NCBI GenBank assembly: GCA_964016885.1
Contig: OZ024742.1
Location: 314,154,001-314,218,000 of the forward strand
DNA length: 64,000 nucleotides
DNA from: Eledone cirrhosa
Lineage: Eukaryota
Reading direction: 5' to 3'
Below, piece after piece: positions 1-14,342 of this stretch. How positions within the stretch are numbered: the stretch's first letter is position 1; each line of letters opens with the position of its first letter. The position numbers and the translations under genes are program-made. The notes beneath the pieces were generated by a model. That model saw nothing but the letters and a program-made list of their open reading frames with translations. It did not search any database and was not told the DNA's origin.

Positions 1-558
1 GATGCTCATTTTAACCTCTATTAAATGCACACGAAACAAATAATGCGATGGGAAAAATTCCTGCTGTTAATACACAGTTATTCTATATGTTAATACAGAG
101 TTATTCTATATGTTAATACAGAGTTATTCTATAGCCCAGCTTACGTGACCGATTTATTAATTCCAATAATAACTGTTAATTATAAAAGCAAAATAATACT
201 GGTTTGATGTCTGTTGTTGCTATATTGAAAATCTTTTAATATAAAATATATTTTTCTTATATAATAATTTTATAATAGCAACTAATTCTGGTCAAATTAT
301 AAACTCTTTATTGTTGCATTGAAGTTAGCTTCATATTTCTATATTGATTGCTCTTTTCATTCGTATTTACAAACGTGAGTATATATAATTATTCTAATCA
401 TGGTCATTCAGTGTTTAATATGAAATCAGTGTGTGAAAATCTTACCCATTATATATTTTGCTGGATATTTGTGAGTATGTGTTTGTAAGTGAGAGCAAAT
501 GTATGTGGTTCTATGTCCGTCGCAATGCTTAGGTTTACCCGGTTGTTTAAATGTTAAT

Positions 559-752
559 AATTGTTTCTACTTTTGGCACAAGGCCAGCAATTATCCCAGT
601 GTATTACTGGTGCTTTATTTTATCGACCCCGTAAGGATGAAAGGCAAAGTTAACCTCGGCGGGATTTGAACTCAGAATGGCAAGGGCCGTAACTCTATGC
701 GCCAAAGCATGGTGTCCGACCCTCTACCGATACTGCCAATCCTCCACCCTTA
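559..752 (-). mobile_element. tRNA-derived SINE (dominant family, short variant)
   Basis: Reverse complement of the consensus ggattggcagtatcggtagagggtcgga...gagttcaaatcccgccgagg...tttcatccttacggggtcgataaaataaagtaccag...ggccttgtgccaaaagtagaaacaatt. It has A-box-like and B-box (GTTCAAATCC) motifs and recurs about 30 times in the window. Confidence 0.9.
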
Positions 753-1577
753 AATGTTTATAATGAGACTATTTATGACCCATAACTTTGGTTCTCGACA
801 AATAGAGAGCAATAATGTAAGAACAGACTGAAATATGGAGAGTTTTCTATAGAAAACATAAGTTCTCGCGAAAATCAGTTGATTCCAACTGTTTCCTTTT
901 AATTAAGACACATTAAGTTAATGCTTTAGCCGTGATTGTTCTATAAACATTCGGCATGCCATACCCTTGAAATAGTCTGTAACCGCATTAAAAAGAAAAC
1001 TGGCTCCGTTTTTTGACAGTGTATATTCATTTTCGAACCGATCCACTGTAAATCTCAGGAATTCTCCGTATCGTTTTAAAGTTAGTACTGCCAAAGTAAT
1101 TACAAAAATCCGAGCGAAAAGCCATTGGAACTTATACCTCACATGTTACATAAGTTTACACATTGGACATATTTGTATAAACAATTCCACAGAATTACTT
1201 ATTTTTTAAGAAAGTACAAAATTTCATGTAAGCCGATTAACAATAAATATTTAAATTGTGAAACAAAATGACTGTTACAGAGAAAATATAAAGAAAAATA
1301 TAGTGTGTGGAAAATGTAGACTGAAAATTGTATTATATCTTACATATTCGTTTTGAAATAAATATGTCTGCTCAACAGATACTCTCGTTTTCATATACAG
1401 AGATTAAGATTTAGGTTTATGAAACTATTCAATCTCGATGAAATACCTCGACAATAACTAGATCATTTACGTTAATCATGACAACTCTATATGACTCAGT
1501 TACGATGCTAATCAGTATGTTTGTGTCTTCAAATGTTCAGCTTTCTGACTAAAATATTTGCATTATATTGTACAGCA

Positions 1578-1802
1578 GATTGGCAATATCGGCAGAGCGC
1601 TGGACAACATGCTTCGTGGCATAGAATAAAATAATAATGAATATATATGATATGTTCCATTCTGAGTTCGAATCCCATCGAGGTCAACTTTGCCTTTCAT
1701 CCTTGCGGGGTCGATAAAATAAAGCACCAGTAAGTACTGGGAGCGATTTAATCGAACCCTCCCCTACAAATTGTTGGCCTTGTTTCAAAAGTAGAACCAA
1801 TT
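1578..1802 (+). mobile_element. SINE, diverged long variant
   Basis: gagttcgaatccc B box, the shared central domain, an extra cgatttaatcga segment and the shared tail. Confidence 0.8.
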
Positions 1803-2146
1803 ATATTGTACTATCTCATGTAACACGCAGGCCGCTTTATATCACATTTTAAATTGTTGCTTTATGCAAAATATCTGAGGACAACTTACTTCATATTTGA
1901 TGAAACGTGAACTATGAACAACAGAAAACTGATTATCTCCGACTATAAATGTCACATGTCAATCTGTAAAAAGAAAAAAAAAGGAATTGTATTGCTTATT
2001 TGTTTACAAAGTTCAAGGATTTATGTTGTAGTCATAGATTTAGCCAATCAGCTGAATTATAGAATGATATGATAAAACAATTGACTAATCATGATTGCCG
2101 TATTATATGGTTGAAAATTACAAAATGTCTTCTGAATTACATATCA

Positions 2147-2476
2147 CAGGGGCTTGCAACAGGCGGCCCGCGGGCCATAATCCGGCCCACCAGACCAGTC
2201 AGAGTGGTCCGCGATGACCGTTTTTAATTTTACCTTGTAGGCTTATTTAGAATTTTTTCGTAACCGTAATACAATTTTCTGTTAGTTGACCTAAAGGGCT
2301 TTATTGATGGGGTTATGTATGTTATAATTTCCCAGTTCCATGTTATGGAAAGAAGTTGTGCTGAATCTTTGGATTAGTGGTTTTTCTATAGATTACATAT
2401 TTTTGACAGTGACTGGTCCTAATAGTTATTCCAATTTTCAAAAGTGGCCCACCATTATGATATGACAGGGATCCTG
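2147..2476. mobile_element. hAT-type MITE
   Basis: Ends CAGG...CCTG, subterminal cggcccgcgggcc motifs, and an 8-bp target duplication ACATATCA at 2139-2146 and 2477-2484. Confidence 0.75.
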
Positions 2477-2585
2477 ACATATCATAATGGTTTCTCATAG
2501 TCACAAGTCACAAGGCTAGCAATTGTTGGGGAGGAAAATCTGCGATTAAATCGACCTCAGTCCATTACTGGCATATTATTTTATC

Positions 2586-2775
2586 AAGGCGGTGGATTGG
2601 CAGTATCGGTAGAGGGTCGGACGCCATGCTTTGCAGCATAGTTACGTCCCTTTACGATCTGAGTTCAAATCCCGCCGAGGTTGACTTTGCATTTCATCCT
2701 TACGGGGTCGATAGAATAAAGTACCAGTAATGCACTGGGTAATTGCTGGCCTTGTGCCTGAAGTAGAAACAATTA
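2586..2775 (+). mobile_element. SINE, near-complete copy nested in an older minus-strand SINE (~2513-2902)
   Basis: Full consensus aaggcggtggattggcag...agtagaaacaatt. The older copy is split at ttttatcaag. Confidence 0.9.
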
Positions 2776-3358
2776 TTTTATCAAGACTGAAAGGCAGAGC
2801 TAACATTGGCAGGATTTGAACACAGAATGTAAAGGGCCGTTACTCTATACTGCAAAGCATGGCGTCCGACCATCTACCGATACTTCCAATCCACCTCCCT
2901 TGAATTACATATAATTGTTTCTACTTTTGGCACAAGGCCAGCAATTATCCCAGCGCATTACTGGTACTTTATTTTATCGACCCCGTAAGGATGAAAGGCA
3001 AAGTTAACAAGCTAGAAATGATATGTCGACCTTTCAACAATGTGACTCAAATTCGCTTGCAAAGAGAGCAAAATTGTCACCGCGACCGCAACGCCAACAA
3101 ATACGGAAACTATATTAGCATAACAAACGACAAAAATAAAAATTTTATACACACAAACGCACATATACCAACAACCCAAGCATACATATAAACACACATA
3201 CATCAACACATTAACACATCCACACATACAAACACGCATAGTCAGTCCATTTGGTATTGAGGACTTCTTCCATCTATCTTTAGGTGCTGTTACCTCTGGA
3301 AATCTGAAGTAAAACTTGTTTGAAGTAGAAGTTGGTGTCATAATATTACATCATGTAA

Positions 3359-3544
3359 TAATTGTTTCTACTTTAGGCACAAGGCCAGCAATTACCCAGT
3401 GCATTACTGGTACTTTATTTTATCGACCCCGTAAGGATGAAAGGCAAAGTCAACCTCGGAGGGATTTGAACTTAGATCGTAAAGGGAGGTAACTATGCTG
3501 GAAAGCATGGCGTCCGACCCTCTACCGATACTGCCAATCCACCA
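3359..3544 (-). mobile_element. SINE, complete short variant
   Basis: Matches the consensus on the minus strand. Confidence 0.9.
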
Positions 3545-5860
3545 ATTGCAACAGGAAAGCAATGATTTCTTCAACCTGGAGCACACTCTGTTGCAAGCTG
3601 TCGGATAAGGTCCCCAACTTTCTCACTGCTCAATGTTTGCTGCTGCAGTTCAGGCTTGGCATCACCGTAACAACATCCCTAATCTCGAAGGGTCTATGAC
3701 AGTTATATCCAGCGCTCCTTCTTCCCTGGTTATTTACAACCAACACTAGTCTGTTCAGTTATACTAACTGTAAAGTTTGCGCTCTAGATTACGAGTATAT
3801 CAGTTATGAGAGTATTTTCTTTTGTAGCAATGTTTATCAACTTGATAAAACACGACTAAGAAAACGATGGAAATATTTTAGATTTGAAAGTGAAATGACA
3901 TCGAAATGTACATCTTTGTTGCACTGAGAATAGCAAATACTGGATACATTAAGTACAAGGAAATAACCTTGAAAGTAAGATTTTAATAGGCTTAAAGATA
4001 AAATCAGGAATACATATTGGGATTTCACTATGAAAAATGTATTGAATGAGGCCAAGCCATTAATGCACGTACGATTTTGAAGTAAAATCTCTTTTATCTA
4101 TGCATTGTAAAGCAACTATGATCTTGAACAAATCTACAAACATACGCATCTACGTGACTACCACTATGACGACGGATTTCAACATAGCCAAAACCATATC
4201 CATAAATAAACCTTCACAATGGAAGTGAAGAAAACTACAAAGAGATCTGTGTTGGCATTAATGGTCAAAACTATGACAATGATGGAAATGATAATATCAT
4301 AAGAGAACCTTAACGATATTTCATCTACAGTTTAGCTTTTTGATTTATCCATTTTATTATAAGGAGGTTTTGTAGTCCAGTAACTTCATCCGTATGAATA
4401 ATGCAATGATCTGTGAATGAGATCAGAGGTTGAAACAACAACGAATTAAAAAGAAACTTTAGAAAGCTATCTTACAAAAACGTATTGTAGTCATATTGGA
4501 ATTCATTAGTAATTCTTCTTCTCACTAATTTTATAGTACTCCGTTCTGTACTAAGATTGTTTTTTCGAAAATCACAAAAACAAAAACAAAAAGAATCATG
4601 ATAGTTAAATGCATTACGTGAGGACTTCATTTGATATCAATAATAGAATCAACTGCGAGATATATTAGAGAGCATATAGTTGACTGAAAGCTTTGACCTT
4701 GATTCGAAGCAATTGCAATGGTATTTGACGTACAGATACTGACCACGTACTCATAGTTCAAAGTCCATATAGTATTAAAAAAAAGTACATACAGGACATA
4801 CAGGTCACAGCACAATCAATCTTATAAATTACAAATATCAAAACCAAACAAAAAAACAAATCCGATAATTTGATGTAATATACTCTTTGCATTATAGTTA
4901 AAGTTTAGTGTAACAACCAAACTCTTAAGCTGTCTCATTGTATAGAAGTTCTATTGGAAAATAATTGGACAGCTTGGAAAATTAATAGTCATGAAGTGAT
5001 GTTTGAAACAAAATATCAATAATGATATATAAAAACTAAGATAAAAATATATTAAGCAATTAATAACAATAAAATTCTTCATATTTCTGCCTATTGAATA
5101 ATTTCAGAGCCGGAATTATACGGTAAATGAAAGAAAGGTTTCGAAATTCGTTAAGTGTATAATTTGTTACAGAATTAGCAGTTGTTAAACGTAAATTACA
5201 TTGTTTATGCTAAATGTTTTTGACGTAAAATAGACAATGCGGAATTGAAACGCAAACACACATGCAAACATATACCTATACACACACATTTCATTGTTTT
5301 TTTCTCATCGAATCATTTGTGATATTGGTATCGATTCAATTAAAAATAGTTTACTCTCACTCCCCAAGCAATTTATTCCACTTTATTTCTAGGTAGATTA
5401 TATCATATTTTGTGTTTGTTCATTTTTGTACTTTCATACTACCTTCCAGTAAAATATCCTAATAATTTCTAACAGATCAGAATCTCTCGTCGGCCTCTCT
5501 ATTCGCCATTGCTTCATCAATTCCCGATAGTCTCCAGAACACACAAACAATATTTAGCTTTCAATAGTCTTTTATAAAATAATTTTACCACTTACAACAA
5601 CTTTAAATGCTTCTATATAATAACCACTTAGAAATTCTGCTTGCAGTCACCGCAGTCATATCCATTATGTTAATATTACAAAGCGACATTTTTAATATTT
5701 AATGATCATCATTTAAATATAACTTCCCATCATCATACATCCGTATCTTTTAAGTGATATATTGTTATTCTCTTCAGATATGCGAATAATTTCACTGGAA
5801 AAAGCGTAAGTCCGACATGTTCTATCGAGAAGGAATGCAGTCAAGTAAGCTAAGACTGCA

Positions 5861-5861
<1 letters not shown>

Positions 5862-5935
<74 letters not shown>

Positions 5936-6080
5936 ATCATGAATCTGCCTGTCTGCTTGCTTCTATCTCGCTCACCCCCTCTCTTTCTCTCTCTCTCTAT
6001 ATATATATATATAGATATATGAGCGTCTGTGTTTACGTGGGTGTTTGTGTGTTTGTGAATGTGTGGTGTGTGAGTGATAG

Positions 6081-6118
<38 letters not shown>

Positions 6119-6175
6119 ATAGAGTGAGAGAGAGAGAGAGCGAGAGCGTGAGAGAGAGAAAGAGAGAGATAGAGA
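5862..6175. repeat. compound microsatellite (TATC)n / (TA)n / (GA)n
   Basis: Visible simple repeats. They explain ORFs 5932..6243 and 5972..6292. Confidence 0.95.
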
Positions 6176-8247
6176 AATAGCGTGTGTCCGTATTCTGCTG
6201 ATGTACAATGTATCGTTTTTAAAGGAATGAATGATATTATCAATGTAGTGGGTTAAGATAAAAACAAAAGTATAAAATGTGAAGTGTGACATAACCCAGC
6301 TTAGCTGACCTCGGTAAACCGTTTCTATTTCATTATAACCCTAAATAATTACACATTAACATAAATCTGTTGGAGTAAATATATTTCATTTATCAAATGT
6401 TTTAGCTGTGAATGATGTAATGTTTATCAGTCCATTGATGTTAACAGCGTCGTAGTTACTCAGATATCTATGGGCCTAGCTCTGTAGTCGATAAGCAATT
6501 AAGGTTTTCCTGATTAACTTCTGTTCAACTTCAATGTTAAGAAATCGATACCATTTCTCTCACGGTATTTCACTGAAGTCTAATGCAGAATAATTTTTAA
6601 AAGGTTACGTTTCACTAAGCCTTAGTAACATTTGCGTGCATAACTATGATTTCCGAGTCATTATAACAACTCCATAAAAGCAACATATATGTTCAGATGG
6701 AGCTGAATGCTTTTATACGTAAGAATTACTACAATGGAGATGGACGTCAGTCAGTTCAAGATATCAATTTTGATTACTTTATTCTGTGTCGATAATGCTA
6801 GACACAATAACATCAACAACCGTATAATAGGGACGTGAAAGTAATTGCCAAGAAATCGTTGGTTTAGTGTACAAGTGTGGAATGTTTCTAGAGCAGAGCA
6901 AACTCAAACTTTATTTAATCCAGAACCTTTAGGAACTGCCATCCATATTTTGAAGACTTAGGATGTATTTTTGCACGGAACAGTTGCTCAAACTGATTTA
7001 CCTATAACGTCTAAACTTAATCCTTTGTATGATCGTATGATTCCGTCTCAATTAAAGTCCCTCATATGGGTTCATGTTTATGCTAGGTTAACTGAAAAAT
7101 TACAAGACTAAGCATATGCATCAATAATTTGTTTCTCATAACTTCCAATGTTGTTCTCTATTATTTTGACTCTTTTCCGGGCCAAGATGTCCACGTTTCC
7201 TGTTGTTTTGCAGCTCGTAGATCTTAATTCTTAACAGCAGACTTCAAATGTAAAAAAATTATAGAAATATATAACAAAAAATAATTAAATTCATAAATAA
7301 ACGAACGAAAGAAAAAGGGCCGGGATATTGGTAAATACCTGTACCGATAATAAACCATTAAACAAGCAAACACGCAGTAAAGCATTTGAAAAGAAATTGG
7401 CAGAATTAACAACTTGAATAATGACAATTCCACATCACACGTCACAATAATTATTTCTACTTTTGGCACAAGGCCAGCAATTACACCAGTGCATTACTGG
7501 TACTTTATTTTATCGATCCCGTAAGAATGAATGGCAAAGTTAACCTCAGCGGGATTTGTTATGTAATATACTCGTATTATAACAACAAATAAGCTACAAA
7601 TAACACATACAACGCAAAGTATGGGGCTTCTATCTAGAATATAACTTCGTTCTCTTCGTTTTCATATACACAATAAAGCATTAAATAAATAACTGTGATT
7701 ACCTTTTCTGTTTAAAGTCACCGCAGTTGTATTAATGTAAGGAGAGAGAAAATAAAGCCATTTCTGGATGTCTATGGGACGTGCTTTTTATATATTATGT
7801 TCGATTATGTAATCCATTGTTTTCTGTGTATATGTGTATGTGTGTATTGTTGGGTCCTATTTATCTTTCGAATTATTTAATTTAATTTGGTATAGATCTA
7901 CCACTTTCAGGTTGCTGCCATGCACGATGTCATTCTGTTCACCTGTTATAGCTTTTCGTAATGAAAATTGATCGTCCTGTCGCTGACCTAGCCATGAACA
8001 CCATATCTTTTTCCTGGCATATAATATCAACACTGAGCTATCCAGTATATTCAGCTATATTTAAGAAGATAGATTAAAATATACAGGATTTTTGCTGTTA
8101 TTTTTAGCAACTTGAAAGACCATGTAGCGGCTTCACTAATAACTTCATGACTTTGCAGTTTTAATCACTATTTTATATTGTAGTATAATAGAATAATTGT
8201 TATCCTACTAATCGAATCATTGTACCCGGAAGATGGGGGATAATAAA

Positions 8248-8730
8248 GATTTCTACTTTTGGCACAAGGCCAGAAATTACCCCAGTGCATTACTGGTATT
8301 TTATTTTATCTATCCCGTAAGGATGAAAGGCAAAGTTAACCTCGGCGGGTTTTGAACTCAGTAGTAAAGGCCCGTAACTCCATGTTGCAAAGCATGGCGT
8401 GCGACCCTCTAACGATACTGCAAATCCACATAATAATTGTTTCTACTTTTGGCACAAGGCCAGCAATTACCCAGTACATTACTGGTACTTTATTTTATCG
8501 ACCCTGTAAGGATGAAAGACAAAATTAACCTCGGCGGGATTTGAACTCAGTTCGTAAACGGACGTAACGGTGGTGCTGCAAAGCATGGCGTCTGACTTTC
8601 TACCGATACTGCCAATCCACATAATAATTGTTTCTACTTTTGACACAAGTCCTAGTACATTACTAGTGCATTACTGGTACTTTATTTTATCGACCCCGTA
8701 AGGATGAAAGGCAAAGTTAACCAATCCACA
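8248..8730 (-). mobile_element. three head-to-tail SINE copies
   Basis: Copies at ~8248-8430, 8434-8620 and 8624-8730 (the last internally deleted). Each ends in aatccacataataat. Confidence 0.85.
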
Positions 8731-10141
8731 TAATAATGCTTTCTGATTCAGGCCCCACGGCCAGCACATTTTGCGAGAGAGCAAAGTCGATAAAATTAGT
8801 CCCAGTACCAGAACCCCTACTTTATTTTATAGACCTCTGAAAAGTGAAACGCGAAGTTGACCTCGACGCGATTTTAAGTGTAAATATAAAGAGCTAGAAC
8901 AAATACCACAATGACATTATATCGGACTCTCTACTTATATTGCCTCTCAATCACCATAAATGATTCTATCTCTTCTTAGAAGTACGTCACTGGTTTTCTT
9001 TTGTCAATTTCTCATCATATTACCTGTACCACTGTCATAGGTTTGAACTATAGAACAATAACGACCGCCACAACTTGACACTATCCCTTGAAATATACTT
9101 AAGCTCCATGTATATATTGTTAACAATATTTATTTGTTTCCTTCTGTTCATATGCTGTATATTTACGACTTAGGCCTTTTGACTAATTGAGACATAATTT
9201 TGAGTTTATTAGGAATACAGTTTTTGTTATGTAAATTAATGAACAAAATGATGATATCAAGACAAAATACACCCACTCGCTAAAGAGGAAGACAAATATA
9301 AGAGTAACCCTGAGGAAAACAACAATTGCTGTGTCAGAAGTTAAATAAATCAATCAACATCGTTGTCATCATCGTAGTCAACATAATTACAATTGTTATC
9401 TTTCCCAATGCTATCTACAACATAAATCTTTAATTTCAAGAGAGATATCAGTATCATCAACACAGCCATCGTCTACATATTTCCTTTCGTTTCGCCTTTG
9501 ATCATCGCCATCATTGTCATAGATAATCAATTTACAAATCAAAAAAATAAAACGATTGATTCTTTATTGTATTGTTTTTTTTATTGATTCTTTATGTATT
9601 GTTTTCCTTCTTCGGTGTATCACTATCAGAAATATCCTATGTGACAACTATGGTAATAAACATTTCAGAAGCAGTAACAGTTATGGCGACAACAACGCCA
9701 ACAGCATTGAAAGATAACGCAAAGAAAATAATTCAGATGTCTCAACAATTTATAGCTGTGATATATGTGACATCTAATAAATATATATCCATAAGAAAAC
9801 GTGATGCTTGTGTCAAGGCAGTTTGCCATTTTATCGCTGATTTTCTTTTATTTTCTATTTTCTTTTATTATTGTATGAACAGCTATGTTAAATTATTCTG
9901 TAAGCTACTCTGTCAGCGTGACCTTAGCAAGATTGTTTTAAAAGAATGTTGAAACAAGAAGCACAGTCAATGTTATTGTGAATACCACACGAGTTTGATG
10001 TCTAGTTAAAATCCTTACTCTATCTAACCTTTATTAATATTGAAGAACCGGCACACTATAAATCATATTTTGAAAAGAGCAATACTGGTCAGATCAATTA
10101 AGAGGAATATAGACTAAACAATAATTAATATTTAGTCTTAC

Positions 10142-10361
10142 AAGGGCGGTGGATTGGCAGTATCGGTGGAGCGTCGGACAGCATATTTATGGCATAGATT
10201 TACGGCCCATTACGATCTGAGTTCAAATACTACCGAGGTTAGCTTTACCTTTCGTCCTTACGGGGTGGATAAAATAAAGTACCTGTAAGGAACTGGGGTC
10301 GATTTAACCGACTTTCTCCTCGCCCATAATTGTTGGCCTGGTATTTAAATCAGAAACCATT
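10142..10361 (+). mobile_element. SINE, long variant
   Basis: Consensus head, plus the gtcgatttaaccgactttctcctc insert and the tail. Confidence 0.85.
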
Positions 10362-10611
10362 AATTTACCCAAAGAGAAAGGGGTTACGTCTGTCATTTTC
10401 GCAGGCCTTCAAAAAACCTAACAGAATGGTGATGTTAAACAGTTGCAAATCGATGTAAACTAGAAAGTCATATGCATAGAGGTCGACGTTAAGAAAATAA
10501 ATAGTACGGGATTAAGTATAGATGGACTTAAAATGGGTGGTGAGTGGTGAAGCAATCACTAAAGTCATTTCTATATTAATAAATATATATATATATAGAG
10601 AGAGAGAGGTA

Positions 10612-10754
10612 GTACACTGGAAGGTAATATCCGTAGTGGTAGAGCACTCAGTTCATGGGGCGAGTTAGGTAGAAGTGGTTACACAACAGTTAGTTCACCA
10701 TACCGAGAACAATTGTTTCACCTTAGCGGATCCTCAGCTCGTAATGGACATGGG

Positions 10755-10756
<2 letters not shown>
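10612..10756 (-). mobile_element. solo PLE pseudo-LTR fragment with hammerhead
   Basis: Reverse-complement homologue of the PLE 3' end at ~52025-52172, lying between (TA)n/(GA)n tracts. Confidence 0.8.
10704..10741 (-). ncRNA. minimal type I hammerhead motif
   Basis: cgag CTGAGGA tccgctaaggt GAAA caattg TT ctcg. Stem I is cgag/ctcg and stem III is palindromic. Confidence 0.7.
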
Positions 10757-10804
<48 letters not shown>

Positions 10805-10809
10805 GAAAA

Positions 10810-11014
10810 AAATGGTGTAGGAGGAGAAACACACAAAATATAAACCTAGTGACCGAGGTGGTCACAGAACGTGTGACGAAAGGGCTTTGACAATATATAA
10901 ACAACCTTCCGGTTATCGAACCAACAAACCAACCTGAAACTTATAATAAACTGAAGTGAAAATCAACAGGTGCGCGTGTTTTTATGGGCAACATGACCCT
11001 CCCAAATTATAACA
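10810..11014 (+). mobile_element. PLE pseudo-LTR fragment with decayed hammerhead (10849-10891)
   Basis: Homologous to 55530-55781 (ends ggcaacatgaccctcccaaa). The motif reads gtga CCGAGGT g gtcaca-gaacg-tgtgac GAAA gggc TT tgac. Confidence 0.65.
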
Positions 11015-11141
11015 ATATTTGTTTCAACACACGTTTTCAAATAAGAAATCTCGCAAAACAAATTCAAAAGTGAATATATCATATGTACTTATATATGATA
11101 TATATATATACATATATAATAAATACATATGCAAACATACA

Positions 11142-11178
<37 letters not shown>

Positions 11179-11244
11179 ATACATGTATGCACACACACAC
11201 ACACACACACGCGCGCACACACATACACGCACACACACACACAC

Positions 11245-11277
<33 letters not shown>

Positions 11278-11747
11278 CCAACGAACGTACAATGTTTATT
11301 AAAAGGTATAATCAGTTTGAGTTATATATATTTCAAAAAGTATCATGTATAGATTAATTTGCCCTTAGATACGTTACACAATACAACTTAGAATTCTATG
11401 TACATCGACCTAAATATTTTAAGTTCACCTATTATTATAACGTCCGATGTGTAGCTAGCCGTGTCAGTGAGAATATCCTGTGGCTTGTCTTTATTAATAT
11501 TAACGACTTCCACTTCGGTGGATTAACTAAAGACAAAACAATGTGATTTCTATAAAAATTCCTTCTAACTCTATGGTATCATTGAAATGAATGATGTTTT
11601 CACCAATCACCAGACTGGTAAGATAAACTGTTACCCTATGGCAGTTCACGATAATTTTCGTGGTGTTAAGGATGTGGTGTGTCTTCTGTTCAAGCTTCGT
11701 TATTGTTACTGATTTGAAATGCTCCTGTTACTGTTTTAATCGTATTT

Positions 11748-11931
11748 GGTGGCTTGGCAGTATCGGTAGAGGGTCGGACGCCTTGCTTTCCAGCATAGTT
11801 ACGTCCCTTTGCGGTCTGAGTTCAAATCCCACCGAGGTTAACTTTGCCTTTCATCCTTACGGGGTCGATAAAATAAAGTACCAGTAATGCACTGGGTAAT
11901 TGATGGCCTTGTGCCAAAAGTAGAAACAATT
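11748..11931 (+). mobile_element. SINE, complete short variant
   Basis: Consensus match. Confidence 0.9.
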
Positions 11932-12187
11932 AATTTGTTTTATATAATTTCTTCATTTTCCTGAAAGCTGGATTGCAATTCTCCCTGTGAAAATATTTGT
12001 TTCGAGGTAAGGTAACAAAACTAACTCTGCCTTTTCTTAATTTAATTTTATTTATTTGGTGTATTGGTAGTTTCTATTATTGGGGTATACATAAAACACA
12101 ACTGTATCAAATGATATATACAAATGTAAACTATTGAGTCTATACATAAACAGATTCAGTAACTGCTTAATGAACACAACCACAAGG

Positions 12188-12334
12188 ATATGGTCCGAAC
12201 GTGGAAGAGCGGAACACCCACTGTCATCGCCTCCATCTATCTCCCCCCCCCATCCCTCCGTATGGTGATCAAATGGGGTCCCACGAGCTAGCCTCCTCAC
12301 AGCCCCGGCGGACAGAATGGAGAAGGCGTTTCCA
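12188..12334 (-). mobile_element. 3' end fragment of a CRE-like non-LTR retrotransposon
   Basis: Encodes GNAFSILSA plus 3' UTR. Homologous to 37750-37890 and 39075-39210. Confidence 0.6.
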
Positions 12335-12997
12335 CATATATGTAAATTGATAATAGATATAATTGAAATTAGATACGGGCATAGAGACAGAGGAATAAAG
12401 GACGAGATGGTATGGAGACGATACAAAAATAGGAAAATAAAAAAAAGTAACTACTTAGTCATAGGCTGACGTTATTGCTGGTCGATTGTGGACACATAAT
12501 TATCAAACACTGTCCTGGACTATTTCCGAGGCTGTCGACAATTCATTGTAAAATGCAGTCATGAACGATAAATTAATCAGAGCAAACGAATCATAATTTA
12601 CATGAAATAGCAATGCATATTGTTCGACATTTAATTCGAACGCTGTCCTGAAGGACGTATTTCATCATTACGGAGACAAAAAACAAAATACACAGAGTAA
12701 TGACGCGGAGAGGAGAAATGCCTACGCAAAAATGAGGGGAGTTAATAGCAACCATGTCGGACATTAATGTCTAGAAAAGACAAGACACTAGAGTCACGTG
12801 ATAAAAATGGAGATAGCTGGCGGTAAAAAGTAGTAAACGAGTGAACAATAGGAGTCTGTAGATGTGTTTGGGTTTTATATTAATTGTGACTGTTGAAAGT
12901 TTTGCAAAATTTTCTCAGACACACACTGTTCCTTTCTCATATTACACACACACACACACACACGCACACACACACATACACACACACACACACGCAT

Positions 12998-13051
<54 letters not shown>

Positions 13052-13192
13052 TTGTGTGTGTGTGTGTGTGTATATATGTGTATATGTATATAATATGACA
13101 TTACGTATGTACACACATATACACGCTCACGTACGCCAACAGACATACTTACATACACACACACACATACATTCATACATACAGAAACAAAC

Positions 13193-13278
<86 letters not shown>

Positions 13279-14148
13279 GTATGTCTGTTGCTGTACGTGA
13301 GCGTGTATATGTGTGTACATATCTAATGTCACGTAATTATTATACCCTCTACAAAGGTCATGGTGCATATACAATTGCGACAGACTATGCTATATACCAC
13401 AAAACAAAGTTGGATAGAAAAATTTAACGGATAATACATCTGAATCACAGAGAACTTCCAACAACATGGATGTTTAATTGTGGAGGCTTTCTTTATATCA
13501 TAATAAAACTCTAAATCTACGATATCACGCACGCATCATAAGCAAGTAACTGATAACTTGTAAGTATAACGATCAAACGTCAAATTTGAAATTCCGGTAG
13601 TGTATACATTTAAAATTCTGACATAAGAAATGTTATAGAAACTTTCATTAAATACATTTTCCTACCGTAAAAGAAGAGAAACATTGATTCGAGTATAGAT
13701 CTAGGGATTTATTAATTCAAACGTGCTGCAAATGTCTAATGAGAAAATATGAGAAAACTGATAAAAACGTTAAAACTCAAAAGTTTTCTGTCTTCAGAAA
13801 ACACACACACACACACAGACACACACGCCCCCTCCCACACATACATACACAAGCGCACACACACACTCACACGGGCTGGTATAAATTAATTTGAGAAATG
13901 TAAATAAATTAAAGAAATATTTTCATTGAGCAAAACTCAACATGAGCTGCTCCCAAATTAATTTTTATTAAGATCTTAATAATTGTTTTTATTAATTCCT
14001 TCATCGAACCAAATTGGTATTTGTCAGACTCCCTCACATATATGTCTATTCTTGTGTGTATATATATATATAAATATACATATATATAAATGTAAGTATG
14101 TATGTATACGTACATACATATATGTATACAGACGTACAGTAGCATGCA

Positions 14149-14186
<38 letters not shown>

Positions 14187-14342
14187 TACATACAGGTACA
14201 CATGCATATATGCACGCATCAGTTTAGCGGAGGGTTATTATAACGCCGCTTTGTTCGTTTGTAAACAAACTGAACAGCCTGAATTTATGCCATACGGTGT
14301 TAAGGCAACCACGTCACCTTTTTGTTCAACACTGACACAGGA

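Noticed and set aside
2586-2680. tRNA gene in SINE heads
   Set aside because: A/B boxes are present, but there is no cloverleaf and the sequence continues into the SINE body.
11960-12015. Possible small host exon (ag...gag|gtaagg), with similar isolated splice-like signals near 29360, 57460, 63678 and 63897
   Set aside because: No consistent reading frame or recognisable protein. RNA-seq would be needed.
11019-13427. ORFs rich in YI/HT/CV repeats here and throughout (e.g. 17176-17602, 19790-20137, 23366-23906, 55695-56278)
   Set aside because: They are translations of (TA)n, (CA)n and (TATG)n microsatellites, not proteins.
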